Virus record (IMG/VR): IMGVR_UViG_3300020371_000006
From: an uncultured virus (IMG/VR IMGVR_UViG_3300020371_000006)
Lineage: Duplodnaviria > Heunggongvirae > Uroviricota > Caudoviricetes > Kyanoviridae
Reading direction: 5' to 3' (one strand)
DNA: 64,000 nucleotides
Shown here: positions 1 to 10,309 of the stretch, one piece after another
Layout: every line of letters starts with the position of its first letter
How positions within the stretch are numbered: position 1 is the stretch's first letter
The notes under the pieces: model-generated
Seen by the model: the letters and a program-made list of their open reading frames with translations, nothing else
Database searches by the model: none
What the model was told of the DNA's origin: nothing
Program-made: the position numbers and the translations under genes

Positions 1-3000
1 CTTGGTACTAGCAACGGTACGTTGGTTCTGGATCCTGAGGATGACGATGGTATCACTGGTACTGTCCAGATTCGTGGTAACCTCCAAGTTGATGGTACAA
101 CCACAACTGTAAACTCGACGACAATCACAGTCGATGATCCCATCATCGTTCTTGGTGGCGACACTGCTCCTACAACTGATGATGGTAAGGACCGTGGTGT
201 TGAGTTCTCTTACTATGATTCACAAGCAAGAGTTGGTTTCTATGGTTGGGATGAGAGTGTAACTCGTCTTGACGGTGGTACAGGTGGTTATTCATTCCTG
301 TATAACGCAACCAATACTAACGAAGTCTTTAGTGGAGTTGATGCTTACCTGAAGGCAGGTGCACTTTCACTGACAACAAATACTGGATCCACTTCCACCA
401 CAACTGGAACCCTCGTGGTCACTGGTGGTGCTGGTATTTCTGAAAACGTTTACATCGGTGGCACCACAGATATTGCTGGTGATGTGGATGTAAACAGTGG
501 CAAGTTCTATGTTACTGCATCCAACGGTAATGTCTTGTCTCAGGGTGACCTGAATATCCAAGGCAACGTGACTCTTGGTAATGCTTCTAGCGATACTGTC
601 ACTGTCAACTCTGACAGCACGTTTGAAGACGACGTAAGAGTTGTTGGACCCAATACTGTCTTCTCCATCACTGATGGAACTGCTGAGAAGTTTGTTATCG
701 ATACTGATAACGGCAACACCCATTCGGATGGCACCCTCGATGTTGATGGTGGTGTAACTTTCAACAGCACTCTTGATGTTGATGCTGCTACAACTCTGAA
801 CAGCACTTTGGATGTGGATGCTGCATCCACGTTCCACGACAATATGCTGTTGGATACCACTGGTAAGACATTTACAATTACCAATGGAACAGCAAACAAA
901 TTCCAAATCAGTAGCACCAATGGTAACACTGACATCGAAGGCACTCTGAATGTTGCCCAATTCGTTCACCTTGAAGATACTGATGATCCAACAATTTCCA
1001 CTGACGCCAATGACAATTTTGTCATCTCTGGGGGCGATTACGGTGCTTTCCGCTTTGATGGTGGTGGTTACATTGAAGGTGACACTCTCTTCAATTCAGA
1101 TCTATATCTTAACGGTGCTCTCAACCAGAAAGACCTTGGCGCAACTGAAACCTTCAGCACCCAGAACTATCTGCGAGTCAGATATAAAATCCGTGCAGGT
1201 TCAACCATTGCTTATACGCCTAATTATGCGACTCACGGTAATTCCAACCTGAGAGTTTATGGTGGTGCTGGTATTGCTACCGACCTCCACATTGGTGATG
1301 ACCTATACATCGGTAAACTGAATTCTGGTGATACTGTTGAATTCAGTGTCCTTGGTGAATCTGGTAACACCGAGATTGGACGTGTGGGTCAGGGTTCTAA
1401 CTCTGCTGGTACCCTTACAGTCCACGGTGAGGCAACCTTTAACAACCCGACCTCATTTACACACAACGTCACTATTGGTAATGCCAATTCTGACACATTG
1501 ACAGTTAATAGCGATGCTACCTTTACTGACAACGCTACTGTTAATGGTGACTTTACAGTTGATGGAAACACCGTACTGGAAGGAAACCTGACTGTTAATG
1601 GTTCTACAACAACTATTAACTCCACAACTCAGACTCTGGATGATCCCGTCTTTACTCTGGGTGGCGATACTGCTCCTTCTCAGGCAGATGCTAAGGACAG
1701 AGGTATTGAGTTTAGATATTATTCTGGCAGCGCAAAGATCGGTTTCTTTGGTTGGGATAATTCTGCCTCAAGATTTGCTCTTTATCATAACGCAACAAAT
1801 TCAAGTGAAGCATTCTCAGGAACAAGATCAGGTATCGATGCAGGTTCAATCAAACTATTCGATACAACCAACGCAACTAACTCTTCTTCTGGTGCTCTTA
1901 TCGTTGGCGGCGGTGCTGGCATCGGTATGGATCTTTATGTGGGAGATGACCTCTCAGTTGCCGATGATACAGCAATCGGTGGCAACCTTGATGTAACTGG
2001 TGACTTCGATCTTACCAGCGACTTTAGAGTTAATACTAATAAGTTTACTGTTGCCTCTTCGTCTGGTAACACTCTTGTTGCAGGTACGTTCACATCTGCT
2101 GGACAAGCAACCCTCCAACAAGGACTCGCTGTAAGCAGCAATACAACCGTCGGTGGCACTTTGGGCGTAACAGCGGCTACAACGCTGTCTAGCACCCTTG
2201 CAGTGACCTCTAACACAACAGTTGGTGGCACATTTGATGTCAGTGGTGCATCTAACGTCAATAACAGCCTGGGTGTTACTGGAATCACCACCATTACTAA
2301 CGCATCTGCTGCAACCACAACTGGTTCTTACAGTGGTGACGGTGCTCTTAGAGTTACGGGTGGTGCATCTATCGGTGGCAATCTGGTTGCTCAAGGTGAT
2401 GTTCGCGTTTATGGCAACTCCGTCATTGATGGAACTGTCAACTATGCAGGCATTCAAACTTATACAGAGAAAGCACGTTTTAATAATTCAAGTGATGCAA
2501 TTAGCGCAACCAACAATGGTGCTTCTATCTTCACCTCTGGTGGTCTTGCAGTAACCAAGAAAGCATTCATCGGTGATGACCTCGACGTTGGTGCTGGTAA
2601 CTTCACTGTTGACGGACCTACTGGTAACAGTGCTGTTGCAGGTACCTTGGGTGTCACTGGTGCAACAACTCTGACATCTCTGTCAGCATCTGGTGTTGCG
2701 GATCTCCAGTCTACTTTGACTCTTGGTGGTAACTTCTCCATCAATACTAACAAGTTTGTCGTTGCATCTTCAACTGGTAACACAGATATTGCTGGTGCTC
2801 TTGACGTTACTGGAACAACTGAACTTGGCGTTCTTAACGCTGATAACAATGTTGACTTTAGCGGTACTTCGATTGCTATTAGCAACTCGAACTCTACCAC
2901 TAACGTTAGCGGTATTATGCGTATCCTGAAGTCTTCCGACTCTACTGGATACAACAACACTTCTGCTGCGTTCTACACTGCTGGTGGTGCATCCATCTCC

Positions 3001-4212
3001 AAGAGACTGAACGTTGGCGGCAACTTTATGGTCGGTGGCAGCGGTGGTGTTAAGACCACAATCACTGCAACCAACGGTAACATCAGCACCGACGGTACTC
3101 TGAACGTTGCACAAGCAACGACTATCGGTGGCACTCTGGGTGTTACTGGTCAAATCACTGGTAACTTGACTGGTGATGTGACAGGTACTGCAACTAATGC
3201 AGACAACATTGATATTACAAATACGAACAACAACACCACCTTCTATCCAATGTTTGCTGCTGCAAACACTGGTCACACTGGTGCGTTTGTTGACTCTCAG
3301 AACCTCACTTACAACCCGTTCTCTAACACTCTGAGTGTTACGAACTTCGTCTCCACGACGAACTTTGAGGTTCAGGGTAACTTGAACGTTACTGGAACCA
3401 TTACCTTCTTCCAGTCTCAGGTTGGTTCTATCGCAAACCACGATACTGATGCTCTGACTGAAGGATCTACCAACCTCTACTTCACCGAGGAGAGAGTTGA
3501 TGATCGTGTTGCTAACCTGATTACTGGCGGCACAGGTATTTCGGCAACGTATGATGACGCAGGCAATATGCTTACGTTGTCCGCAGTTCCCGCAGACATC
3601 AATACAGACAACCTTACAGAAGGTTCTACGAACATCTTCTATACTGAGGCACGCTTTGACGCAAGTCTCGCTACTAAGGATACTGGCGATCTTACTGAAG
3701 GAACAAACCTTTACTATACACAAGCTCGTGCTGACGCAAGAGTTGATGCAGGATTCGCTGCTAAGGACACTGGTGATCTTGCAGAAGGCACCAACCTTTA
3801 TTACACACAGGCTCGTGTTGATGCTCGTATCGGTGCTCTCGCTGCTACTACTGCACAGGGTGCTCTGGCAGATTCCGCTACACAACCAGGTGACCTGGCA
3901 ACCGTAGCAACCACTGGATCCTACAATGATCTTGGCAACCTGCCTACGCTCTTCTCTGGAGCATATGCAGATCTGACTGGCAAACCTACATTATTCTCTG
4001 GTGCTTATGCTGACCTGACTGGCAAACCCACTCTGGGTAGTGCCGCTGCTACTGACAGCACTGCATATGCAACTGCTGCACAGGGCACGCAGGCAGACAC
4101 CAATGATACTGACATTGATGATCTCTTCACCGCTCTCAACGCGATCGGTAATGATGCTTCTATCACAACTGTGACTCAACTCAAGGCAGCACTTGCCGCT
4201 CTCACTCGCTGA
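1..4212 (+). CDS. Long tail fibre / virion structural protein, 5'-truncated
   Basis: Frame is open from base 1. Gly/Thr/Ser/Asn-rich beta repeats, an internal duplication (DDPxxxLGGDTAP...DRGxEF), TxxLxEGxxNLYxT repeats. Lies just upstream of g13. Confidence 0.75.
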   Translation, partial: LGTSNGTLVLDPEDDDGITGTVQIRGNLQVDGTTTTVNSTTITVDDPIIVLGGDTAPTTDDGKDRGVEFSYYDSQARVGFYGWDESVTRLDGGTGGYSFLYNATNTNEVFSGVDAYLKAGALSLTTNTGSTSTTTGTLVVTGGAGISENVYIGGTTDIAGDVDVNSGKFYVTASNGNVLSQGDLNIQGNVTLGNASSDTVTVNSDSTFEDDVRVVGPNTVFSITDGTAEKFVIDTDNGNTHSDGTLDVDGGVTFNSTLDVDAATTLNSTLDVDAASTFHDNMLLDTTGKTFTITNGTANKFQISSTNGNTDIEGTLNVAQFVHLEDTDDPTISTDANDNFVISGGDYGAFRFDGGGYIEGDTLFNSDLYLNGALNQKDLGATETFSTQNYLRVRYKIRAGSTIAYTPNYATHGNSNLRVYGGAGIATDLHIGDDLYIGKLNSGDTVEFSVLGESGNTEIGRVGQGSNSAGTLTVHGEATFNNPTSFTHNVTIGNANSDTLTVNSDATFTDNATVNGDFTVDGNTVLEGNLTVNGSTTTINSTTQTLDDPVFTLGGDTAPSQADAKDRGIEFRYYSGSAKIGFFGWDNSASRFALYHNATNSSEAFSGTRSGIDAGSIKLFDTTNATNSSSGALIVGGGAGIGMDLYVGDDLSVADDTAIGGNLDVTGDFDLTSDFRVNTNKFTVASSSGNTLVAGTFTSAGQATLQQGLAVSSNTTVGGTLGVTAATTLSSTLAVTSNTTVGGTFDVSGASNVNNSLGVTGITTITNASAATTTGSYSGDGALRVTGGASIGGNLVAQGDVRVYGNSVIDGTVNYAGIQTYTEKARFNNSSDAISATNNGASIFTSGGLAVTKKAFIGDDLDVGAGNFTVDGPTGNSAVAGTLGVTGATTLTSLSASGVADLQSTLTLGGNFSINTNKFVVASSTGNTDIAGALDVTGTTELGVLNADNNVDFSGTSIAISNSNSTTNVSGIMRILKSSDSTGYNNTSAAFYTAGGASISKRLNVGGNFMVGGSGGVKTTITATNGNISTDGTLNVAQATTIGGTLGVTGQITGNLTGDVTGTATNADNIDITNTNNNTTFYPMFAAANTGHTGAFVDSQNLTYNPFSNTLSVTNFVSTTNFEVQGNLNVTGTITFFQSQVGSIANHDTDALTEGSTNLYFTEERVDDRVANLITGGTGISATYDDAGNMLTLSAVPADINTDNLTEGSTNIFYTEARFDASLATKDTGDLTEGTNLYYTQARADARVDAGFAAKDTGDLAEGTNLYYTQARVDARIGALAATTAQGALADSATQPGDLATVATTGSYNDLGNLPTLFSGAYADLTGKPTLFSGAYADLTGKPTLGSAAATDSTAYATAAQGTQADTNDTDIDDLFTALNAIGNDASITTVTQLKAALAALTR
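3949..4032 (+). repeat. Tandem 42-bp coding repeat (LFSGAYADLTGKPT x2)
   Basis: Two adjacent copies with identical peptide and synonymous differences, preceded by a degenerate third copy (TTGSYNDLGNLPT). Confidence 0.9.
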
Positions 4213-4218
4213 TAACTA

Positions 4219-5013
4219 ATGGCTAATCCAACAAGCAAAGCAGAACTCAAGGAGTATGCGCTCCGTAGATTGGGTAAACCAGTCTTGGAAGTTAATGTAT
4301 CTGATGATCAAGTTGATGATGCTCTCGATTACACTATCGAGATGTTCCAAGAGTTCCACTACAGTGGTAGTGAGAAAGTTTTCCTGAAGCACCAATTCTC
4401 TCAGGCAGAGATTGATGCGTTTAGGACAAATACCACTGAGACTGTTGGTAGTAATGAGTTCTTTACACAGAACAATTATATTACAGTTCCCGACCACGTA
4501 ACTTCTGTCAACGGTATCTTTTCTTTCCAAGATAAAGGTACTCAGAATATGTTCGACATTCGTTACCAGTTGAGACTGAATGATTTGTTTGATTTCACAT
4601 CAACACAGTTCTATCATTACTTTATGATTCAGACACACTTGGAGACTATCAACTTCCTTCTGGAAGGTATGAAACCTACAAGATATAACCAAGTCAACAA
4701 TCGTCTGTACATTGATATGGATGTTTTATCCGACATCCGTGAAGATGAATATATCATTATCGATTGTGTGCGTGCACTTGATCCTGCTAATTGGTCCAAA
4801 ATCTACGGGACTATGTGGGTCAAAGATTATGCAACTGCACTGATCAAAAAGTATTGGGGTACCAACCTGACGAAGTTCCAAAACGTACAACTTCCTGGTG
4901 GTGTTACCCTCAATGGCGAAAAGATCTACAGTGATGCTGTTGAAGAACTGCAAGCACTGGAAGAGAAACTTCGCGCTACATACGAAATGCCACCCCTAGA
5001 TATGATCGGATAA
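4219..5013 (+). CDS. g13: Neck protein gp13
   Basis: ELKEYALRRLGKPVLEVNV N-terminus, LPGGVTLNG motif, synteny. Confidence 0.92.
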   Translation: MANPTSKAELKEYALRRLGKPVLEVNVSDDQVDDALDYTIEMFQEFHYSGSEKVFLKHQFSQAEIDAFRTNTTETVGSNEFFTQNNYITVPDHVTSVNGIFSFQDKGTQNMFDIRYQLRLNDLFDFTSTQFYHYFMIQTHLETINFLLEGMKPTRYNQVNNRLYIDMDVLSDIREDEYIIIDCVRALDPANWSKIYGTMWVKDYATALIKKYWGTNLTKFQNVQLPGGVTLNGEKIYSDAVEELQALEEKLRATYEMPPLDMIG

Positions 5014-5014
5014 G

Positions 5015-5881
5015 ATGCCTACTAATTCCTATTTCACTCAAGGTACAACTGGCGAGCAGCAGCTCGTGGAGGATCTTGTCGTCGAACAAATCAAGATGTT
5101 CGGGACAGATGTTTATTATATCCCCAGAACTTTGGTGGGTGAGGATCAAGTATTTGGCGAAGATGCTCTGTCGTCTTTTGACTCGGCATATCAAATTGAA
5201 GCGTATCTAGAAAACGTTCAGGGATTTGGTGGAGATGGAGATCTCTTTTCCAAGTTTGGTGTTCGTATTTCGGACCAGGTAAACTTCATCATTGCACGTA
5301 AGAGATTCCAAGATCTCGTTGATGACAATACAACCCTGGTTGTAGAAGGAAGACCTAATGAAGGTGACCTTATATACTTCCCGCTGGCAGGTAAGTTGTT
5401 CCAGATTCAATATGTTGAGCACGAACAACCTTTCTATCAGTTAAACAAGATTCACGTCTGGGGTCTCAAGTGTGAGCTGTACGAGTACAGCGGCGAGGAT
5501 CTCGACACTGGCGTCGAAGCAATCGATGTTATCGAACGCAATCTGGATCAAACCATTACCATCAACTTTGCAGAAGGTGGTACTGGTACATTTACTGTTG
5601 GTGAAACTATTGTTGGTGGCACATCCAACGTTCAGGCAGAAGTCAAGTCGTTCGATAGTGCAAATAGACAACTGCAAGTCTATAACAGAACAGGCATCTT
5701 TACTATTCCCGAGACTCTCACAGGTCAGACTTCTGGTGCTGCCTGGACCACTAGCAGTTACAATACTCTAAATAATACAAATTCGGAATACGATCAGAAT
5801 CAATTATTTGAGACTGAGGCAGATTCCATTCTTGACTTTACGCAATCCAATCCCTTCGGTGAAATCGGAGGCGCTAACTAA
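5015..5881 (+). CDS. g14: Neck protein gp14
   Basis: EQIKMFGTDVYYIPR, RPNEGDLIYFP, NPFGE motifs; synteny. Confidence 0.92.
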   Translation: MPTNSYFTQGTTGEQQLVEDLVVEQIKMFGTDVYYIPRTLVGEDQVFGEDALSSFDSAYQIEAYLENVQGFGGDGDLFSKFGVRISDQVNFIIARKRFQDLVDDNTTLVVEGRPNEGDLIYFPLAGKLFQIQYVEHEQPFYQLNKIHVWGLKCELYEYSGEDLDTGVEAIDVIERNLDQTITINFAEGGTGTFTVGETIVGGTSNVQAEVKSFDSANRQLQVYNRTGIFTIPETLTGQTSGAAWTTSSYNTLNNTNSEYDQNQLFETEADSILDFTQSNPFGEIGGAN

Positions 5882-6678
5882 TGCTAGGTACATACTCTTA
5901 CAATGAAATCTTTAGAAAGACTGTAGTTGCTTTCGGTACACTCTTCAATAACATTGAGATCAAACGAACAAGTGGATCCAAGACTGAAGTTATGAAGGTG
6001 CCTTTGGCATATGGTCCTAAAGAAAAATTCCTTGCTCGTTTGAGACAGGTTGGTGATCTGACAACTAAAGACGCTATTCAGATTACCTTGCCCAGAATCT
6101 CGTTTGAGATCTCTGGATTCTCTTACGATGCAACCAGAAAAGTTTCACCTACACAGGTGCTCCGTCACGTTCAGTCGGACGGTAAAACTAAGAAATCCTT
6201 TATGCCAGTTCCATACAATGTGGATTTTGAACTGGCAATTATGTCGAAGAACCAAGATGATGGTCTACAAATTCTAGAGCAGATTCTTCCGTTCTTCCAA
6301 CCATTCTTCAATATCACGATCAACCTAGTTCCTGAACTTGGAGAATCAAAGGATTTCCCAGTGTCTCTCAACTCAGTATCTTATGAAGATGATTATGAGG
6401 GAGACTATACAACACGTAGAACTCTGATCTACACACTGTCGTTTACCGCTAAGACTTATCTGTACGGTCCCGTTACCGATACAACCGATAAGCTTATCAA
6501 GAAGGCAATCGTTGATACTGCGTTGGATTCTAAGAGGACTGCACCTCGTGAACAACGTTATACCGTCACGCCTGATCCCATTACGGCAGATCCAGACGAC
6601 AACTTTGGTTTTAATGAACTATTCAGTGAATTTACAGATGGACTCTCAAGAAACCCAGTCACAGGAAACGACGAATAA
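5881..6678 (+). CDS. g15: Tail sheath stabiliser / tail terminator gp15
   Basis: FGTLFNNI, VPLAYGPKEKF, LQILEQILPFFQP motifs. Confidence 0.93.
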   Translation: MLGTYSYNEIFRKTVVAFGTLFNNIEIKRTSGSKTEVMKVPLAYGPKEKFLARLRQVGDLTTKDAIQITLPRISFEISGFSYDATRKVSPTQVLRHVQSDGKTKKSFMPVPYNVDFELAIMSKNQDDGLQILEQILPFFQPFFNITINLVPELGESKDFPVSLNSVSYEDDYEGDYTTRRTLIYTLSFTAKTYLYGPVTDTTDKLIKKAIVDTALDSKRTAPREQRYTVTPDPITADPDDNFGFNELFSEFTDGLSRNPVTGNDE

Positions 6679-7096
6679 GTTTCAAAAGTATGAGGGTATT
6701 GAAGATGCTCTTGATGTTGAAACCCAAATCGTACCAGCAGAGAAAAAAACTGCTGAGATAGTTCCTGCTGCAACATCAGAACAAGTTTCCAAAGACTATG
6801 AATATACTCGTGGGAACTTATACTCTTTAATCGAAAAGGGTCAAGAGGCAGTTGACGGTATTCTTGAGTTAGCACAAGAGTCCGATTCTCCTAGAGCATA
6901 TGAAGTCGCTGGCAATATGATTAAAAATATTGCTGACACTACGGACAAACTTATCGACCTGCAGAAAAAGATGCAGGAACTGGAAGAAGGTCCACAAGGT
7001 AAGGCAGCACAAAATGTCACTAACAACACTATGTTCGTTGGTAGCACAGCAGAACTTGCCAAGTTTCTGAAACAACAGAAACAAAATGATAAATAG
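6638..7096 (+). CDS. g16: Terminase small subunit gp16
   Basis: DYEYTRGNLY, SPRAYEVAG, FVGSTAEL motifs. Start moved to the ATG at 6638. Confidence 0.9.
   Translation: MDSQETQSQETTNKFQKYEGIEDALDVETQIVPAEKKTAEIVPAATSEQVSKDYEYTRGNLYSLIEKGQEAVDGILELAQESDSPRAYEVAGNMIKNIADTTDKLIDLQKKMQELEEGPQGKAAQNVTNNTMFVGSTAELAKFLKQQKQNDK
7089..7095 (+). promoter_or_regulatory. T4-type late promoter (ATAAATA)
   Basis: Matches the gp55-dependent TATAAATA-like box, just upstream of ORF 7120. Confidence 0.6.
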
Positions 7097-7119
7097 TACA
7101 CACCACCCTGTAATCAGAA

Positions 7120-7401
7120 ATGGATAGAGTAAGAGTAATGGCTGCTGAGGTGACTCTCAGTAGTGCAACTAACTTGAGCAAAGCAACTGCTGTACGTGTT
7201 GTGAATGACACTGGAGCAACCATTGTTTTGACGATTGATGACGCTGCTGTTGTTAGCGCCCGTGGTGATGGCACCAAGTATGTTGCACTGGGTTCGCGTA
7301 CTGTCAGCATCGAAGCAGGCGGTGTTATGTATCTTGAGAAAGATGCACTCGAAACTATCGATGGTAATGGTCTCAAGTGTACTAAAGTTGCTCGTCAGTG
7401 A
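7120..7401 (+). CDS. Hypothetical protein, possibly virion-associated
   Basis: Clean ORF after a late promoter. Confidence 0.65.
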   Translation: MDRVRVMAAEVTLSSATNLSKATAVRVVNDTGATIVLTIDDAAVVSARGDGTKYVALGSRTVSIEAGGVMYLEKDALETIDGNGLKCTKVARQ

Positions 7402-8084
7402 TGGAAAATCAACCAGAACAACAGCAACAAAAAGGTGGTGCTGGTAATCAAGTTAAGAAGCAAAAGCAGATGCTTGATCGTAGGCAACTGATGCTCAACT
7501 TGAGAAGATTACAACTACAAAGAAAGACTGTCCAAAGAGGAGGTAGCACGGATATGATGATGCAAACTCAGTCCTACTTGATGCCGTTCGGAACCTTCAT
7601 TGCTGAGGGTGGTCTCGCACGTGCAATGGACAAAGCAAAGAAAAAAGATACTGGACACATTTCTGCTGACCGTGGTTCTGACGAGAAGAAGAACCGTGAA
7701 AAGCGTAAGAGTCTTGAGAAAGATCTCAAGAAGCACGGTATCGGACACAAGAAAGGCGTCGGTGAATACAAGTATGCCGACGGTAAAACTGGTCGTGAGG
7801 TTTCATATCACACGTCCAAACCTGATAAGATGTCGAGACGCCGCTTTGGTAAAGTGATGCGTCGTCTGGGTAGGAAGCACGGTCAAGAATCCGTGATTAC
7901 CAAAAAGCCTGGAAAAGATGCTAAACTACATTATACCGAGAAAGGAAGTAAGGCTAAGTCTGATTCCATCGGTAAGGCAAAAGGCGGAAAACATCCTGAA
8001 GGGTATGGCGAAACGTCATCCACGAAGGTACGATCTGCTAAACTACCTAAGAAAACCAAAGACAGGAAATTTCACTATGGCTGA
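7398..8084 (+). CDS. Basic hypothetical protein, candidate internal head protein
   Basis: Lys/Arg-rich. Internal MPFGTFIAE|GG resembles the T4 capsid-targeting sequence. Confidence 0.65.
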   Translation: MMENQPEQQQQKGGAGNQVKKQKQMLDRRQLMLNLRRLQLQRKTVQRGGSTDMMMQTQSYLMPFGTFIAEGGLARAMDKAKKKDTGHISADRGSDEKKNREKRKSLEKDLKKHGIGHKKGVGEYKYADGKTGREVSYHTSKPDKMSRRRFGKVMRRLGRKHGQESVITKKPGKDAKLHYTEKGSKAKSDSIGKAKGGKHPEGYGETSSTKVRSAKLPKKTKDRKFHYG

Positions 8085-8220
8085 ACGACGTGAAGATGGC
8101 ACCTATGTGTGTCAGTATTGCGGTCTGACTTCTCCCAAAGGACATTGGCGTCCTAAAACTTGGATTGAGAAGCACGAAGAGAACTGCCCCTCTAACCCAA
8201 AACATAATCAAGAACAATGA
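8077..8220 (+). CDS. Small zinc-finger-like protein (47 aa)
   Basis: MAERREDGTYVCQYCG...KHEENC; overlaps both neighbouring stops/starts. Confidence 0.6.
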   Translation: MAERREDGTYVCQYCGLTSPKGHWRPKTWIEKHEENCPSNPKHNQEQ

Positions 8221-8654
8221 AGACTTTCGCTGAGTTCCACGAATTTGACGAGGGTGTAGCCCTAAAGGTTGCACGTGTTATTGATAGGACTAATCCTCCT
8301 ATTGGTAGACCGTCTATTCGTAGAAAAATGAGTCACGCTCTTAAAATGAAAGAGATTGACGATACAGCGAAACGTAATTCAAAGAGAAAGTATTCTGGAA
8401 AAGCAGCTGCTGATGTCAAGGAAAGTGCTTGGCAGCGCAAAGAAGGAAAGAATCCTTCTGGTGGTCTGAATGAGAAAGGACGTAAGTCCTATGAAAGAGA
8501 GAACCCTGGTTCAGATTTGAAGGCACCTCAACCCGAAGGTGGTCCTCGTAAGAGATCTTTCTGTGCCCGTATGGGTGGTATGAAAGGTCCAATGAAGGAC
8601 GAAAATGGGAAACCAACACGTAAAGCACTCGCACTTAGAAAGTGGAAGTGCTAA
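8217..8654 (+). CDS. Basic hypothetical protein, candidate internal head protein
   Basis: MKTFAEFHEFDE N-terminus; ESAWQRKEGKNPSGGLN...SFCARM...ALRKWKC module typical of cyanophages. Confidence 0.7.
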   Translation: MKTFAEFHEFDEGVALKVARVIDRTNPPIGRPSIRRKMSHALKMKEIDDTAKRNSKRKYSGKAAADVKESAWQRKEGKNPSGGLNEKGRKSYERENPGSDLKAPQPEGGPRKRSFCARMGGMKGPMKDENGKPTRKALALRKWKC

Positions 8655-8698
8655 TTTATTAAATAGTGGTATAATTTCTGTATCTGGATGATACCACT

Positions 8699-8920
8699 AT
8701 GGCAGGTGTATACCTTATCCTTGTCTTTGTAACCATCCTGTTCGCTGTAGCAGGGTATGATGCAACGATGAGGTTATTCGCATATGTGGATCTAGAGTTG
8801 CGGTATTCCTGGATCAGGTTTAGGATGTATCTGATGAAAAGGAAACTCAAGCGATCTTTGCTTAGAGACACCGCCAAATACACACAACTAATCAAGGAGA
8901 ACAATCCTAATGACCGCTGA
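8699..8920 (+). CDS. Hypothetical membrane protein
   Basis: Hydrophobic N-terminal helix. Confidence 0.6.
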   Translation: MAGVYLILVFVTILFAVAGYDATMRLFAYVDLELRYSWIRFRMYLMKRKLKRSLLRDTAKYTQLIKENNPNDR

Positions 8921-9194
8921 TAAAGAGCTGTCCGATCTGTTTATGAGCAGAAAGGAATGCCCGAAATGTGGCGCAACCTGGATCAATGGTGAACACCGTT
9001 GGTCTGGTACAGGAGTAAAGGGTAATGAACTTGATCTTGCTGGTCTCGTCTGCAACAGACTAGCAGATAACCAATGTATCAATCCTATGAAGGGATCCAC
9101 AGGTGGTGATACCTGGGATAAACGAATACAAGATCTTGATACTTTTGGTGAGAAATATGGTGAAGGCGCAGAGCAGTGGTGGAATAGAGAGTAG
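8910..9194 (+). CDS. Hypothetical protein (CPKC motif)
   Basis: Coupled ORF, four Cys. Confidence 0.65.
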   Translation: MTADKELSDLFMSRKECPKCGATWINGEHRWSGTGVKGNELDLAGLVCNRLADNQCINPMKGSTGGDTWDKRIQDLDTFGEKYGEGAEQWWNRE

Positions 9195-9207
9195 CAGTGA
9201 GGAATGA

Positions 9208-9423
9208 TTGGCGTACAGAGAGGAGCACCTTGAAACAAAATCTAATCAGTGTGCTTCCCTCTGGTGCGAATGGTTTGCGTTATTTGAAAATATAGAGACA
9301 AAACACACTAAAGCAACCATAGAAGCGAGAAAAAAATGGTGCGAATGTGTTACAGAATTTGGTGAGATGGTTAGTGAGGAAGTCAAAACAAATCCTCGTT
9401 ACAGATCTATCAGGAAGATATAG
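9208..9423 (+). CDS. Hypothetical protein
   Basis: ORF fills the gap before petE. Confidence 0.55.
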   Translation: MAYREEHLETKSNQCASLWCEWFALFENIETKHTKATIEARKKWCECVTEFGEMVSEEVKTNPRYRSIRKI

Positions 9424-9449
9424 ATAGATTAGTTATTTCTAACTATCGA

Positions 9450-9773
9450 ATGAAGTTTTTCTTTGCACTTCTAGCGACACTCTTCTTTTCTGCACCTGCT
9501 TGGGCTGTAGATGTTCAGATGGGTTACGATGGTAACCTTGTATTTGAACCAGCAGAGGTAACTATTGCTGCAGGTGAATCAGTACACTTCGTTAATAATA
9601 TGCTTCCACCTCACAATGTGATTGTGGAAGATCATCCAGAACTTGATCACGAGGCACTAGCAATGCTGCCTGGTGAAGAGTTTGATGTTGTCTTTAGTGA
9701 CGCTGGTGACTATACTTATTGGTGTGCCCCCCATAAAGGTGCGGGTATGATCGGTACTGTTCACGTAGAGTAA
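9450..9773 (+). CDS. petE: Plastocyanin
   Basis: Signal peptide ending AWA; type-1 copper ligands PHN...YWCAPHKGAGM. Confidence 0.97.
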   Translation: MKFFFALLATLFFSAPAWAVDVQMGYDGNLVFEPAEVTIAAGESVHFVNNMLPPHNVIVEDHPELDHEALAMLPGEEFDVVFSDAGDYTYWCAPHKGAGMIGTVHVE

Positions 9774-10012
9774 TGACTCACAGATTTGAAAAACTGGATC
9801 CCCCTCATTATATCAGTAAAGAGGAAGCCCAGTATATGATCGATAAAGCGATCACAAGACACAACCGTAACGCATCTTTGATTTCGATATGGTTAGGTGC
9901 CATTGTGTTCGCTGCTTTTCTCGATGGAATGCTTAGAATGGTAGGCAAAATCCCACCATTTGCAGGGATAGATATTAACATCATTAAACCTATTGTCGAT
10001 CAACTTTCATAA
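9773..10012 (+). CDS. Hypothetical membrane protein
   Basis: TAATG coupling; one hydrophobic helix. Confidence 0.6.
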   Translation: MTHRFEKLDPPHYISKEEAQYMIDKAITRHNRNASLISIWLGAIVFAAFLDGMLRMVGKIPPFAGIDINIIKPIVDQLS

Positions 10013-10194
10013 TGTGTAAAAAATCTAAAAAGCATCAAATCAAATCCCAGTGGTATTACATTTTTTGGGGCATTGCAACCATAGCGGTTGTTGGTGGACA
10101 GATCTATGTGGGCTCTGGGTACCGTGATATGTCAAATTCATTCAAGGGGTATGTAGAAAATGCTAGTTGTCGTCAGACACCTAGTGAACAATGA
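10012..10194 (+). CDS. Hypothetical membrane protein
   Basis: TAATG coupling; WYYIFWGIATIAVV helix. Confidence 0.6.
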   Translation: MCKKSKKHQIKSQWYYIFWGIATIAVVGGQIYVGSGYRDMSNSFKGYVENASCRQTPSEQ

Positions 10195-10309
10195 GTTCTT
10201 TCTAGGTAGTCTCTGCTTCCTTTTAGTTTTCGTTCCTATCATTGGTATGCACTTAGTGCACAAATATGGTTGGGAACACTGGGAACCTTTCGTGAGGAAG
10301 CACAAATGA
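10160..10309 (+). CDS. Small membrane protein (49 aa), not in the ORF track
   Basis: MLVVVRHLVNNEFFLGSLCFLLVFVPIIGMHLVHKYGWEHWEPFVRKHK; its stop overlaps the PTOX ATG (ATGA). Confidence 0.65.
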   Translation: MLVVVRHLVNNEFFLGSLCFLLVFVPIIGMHLVHKYGWEHWEPFVRKHK

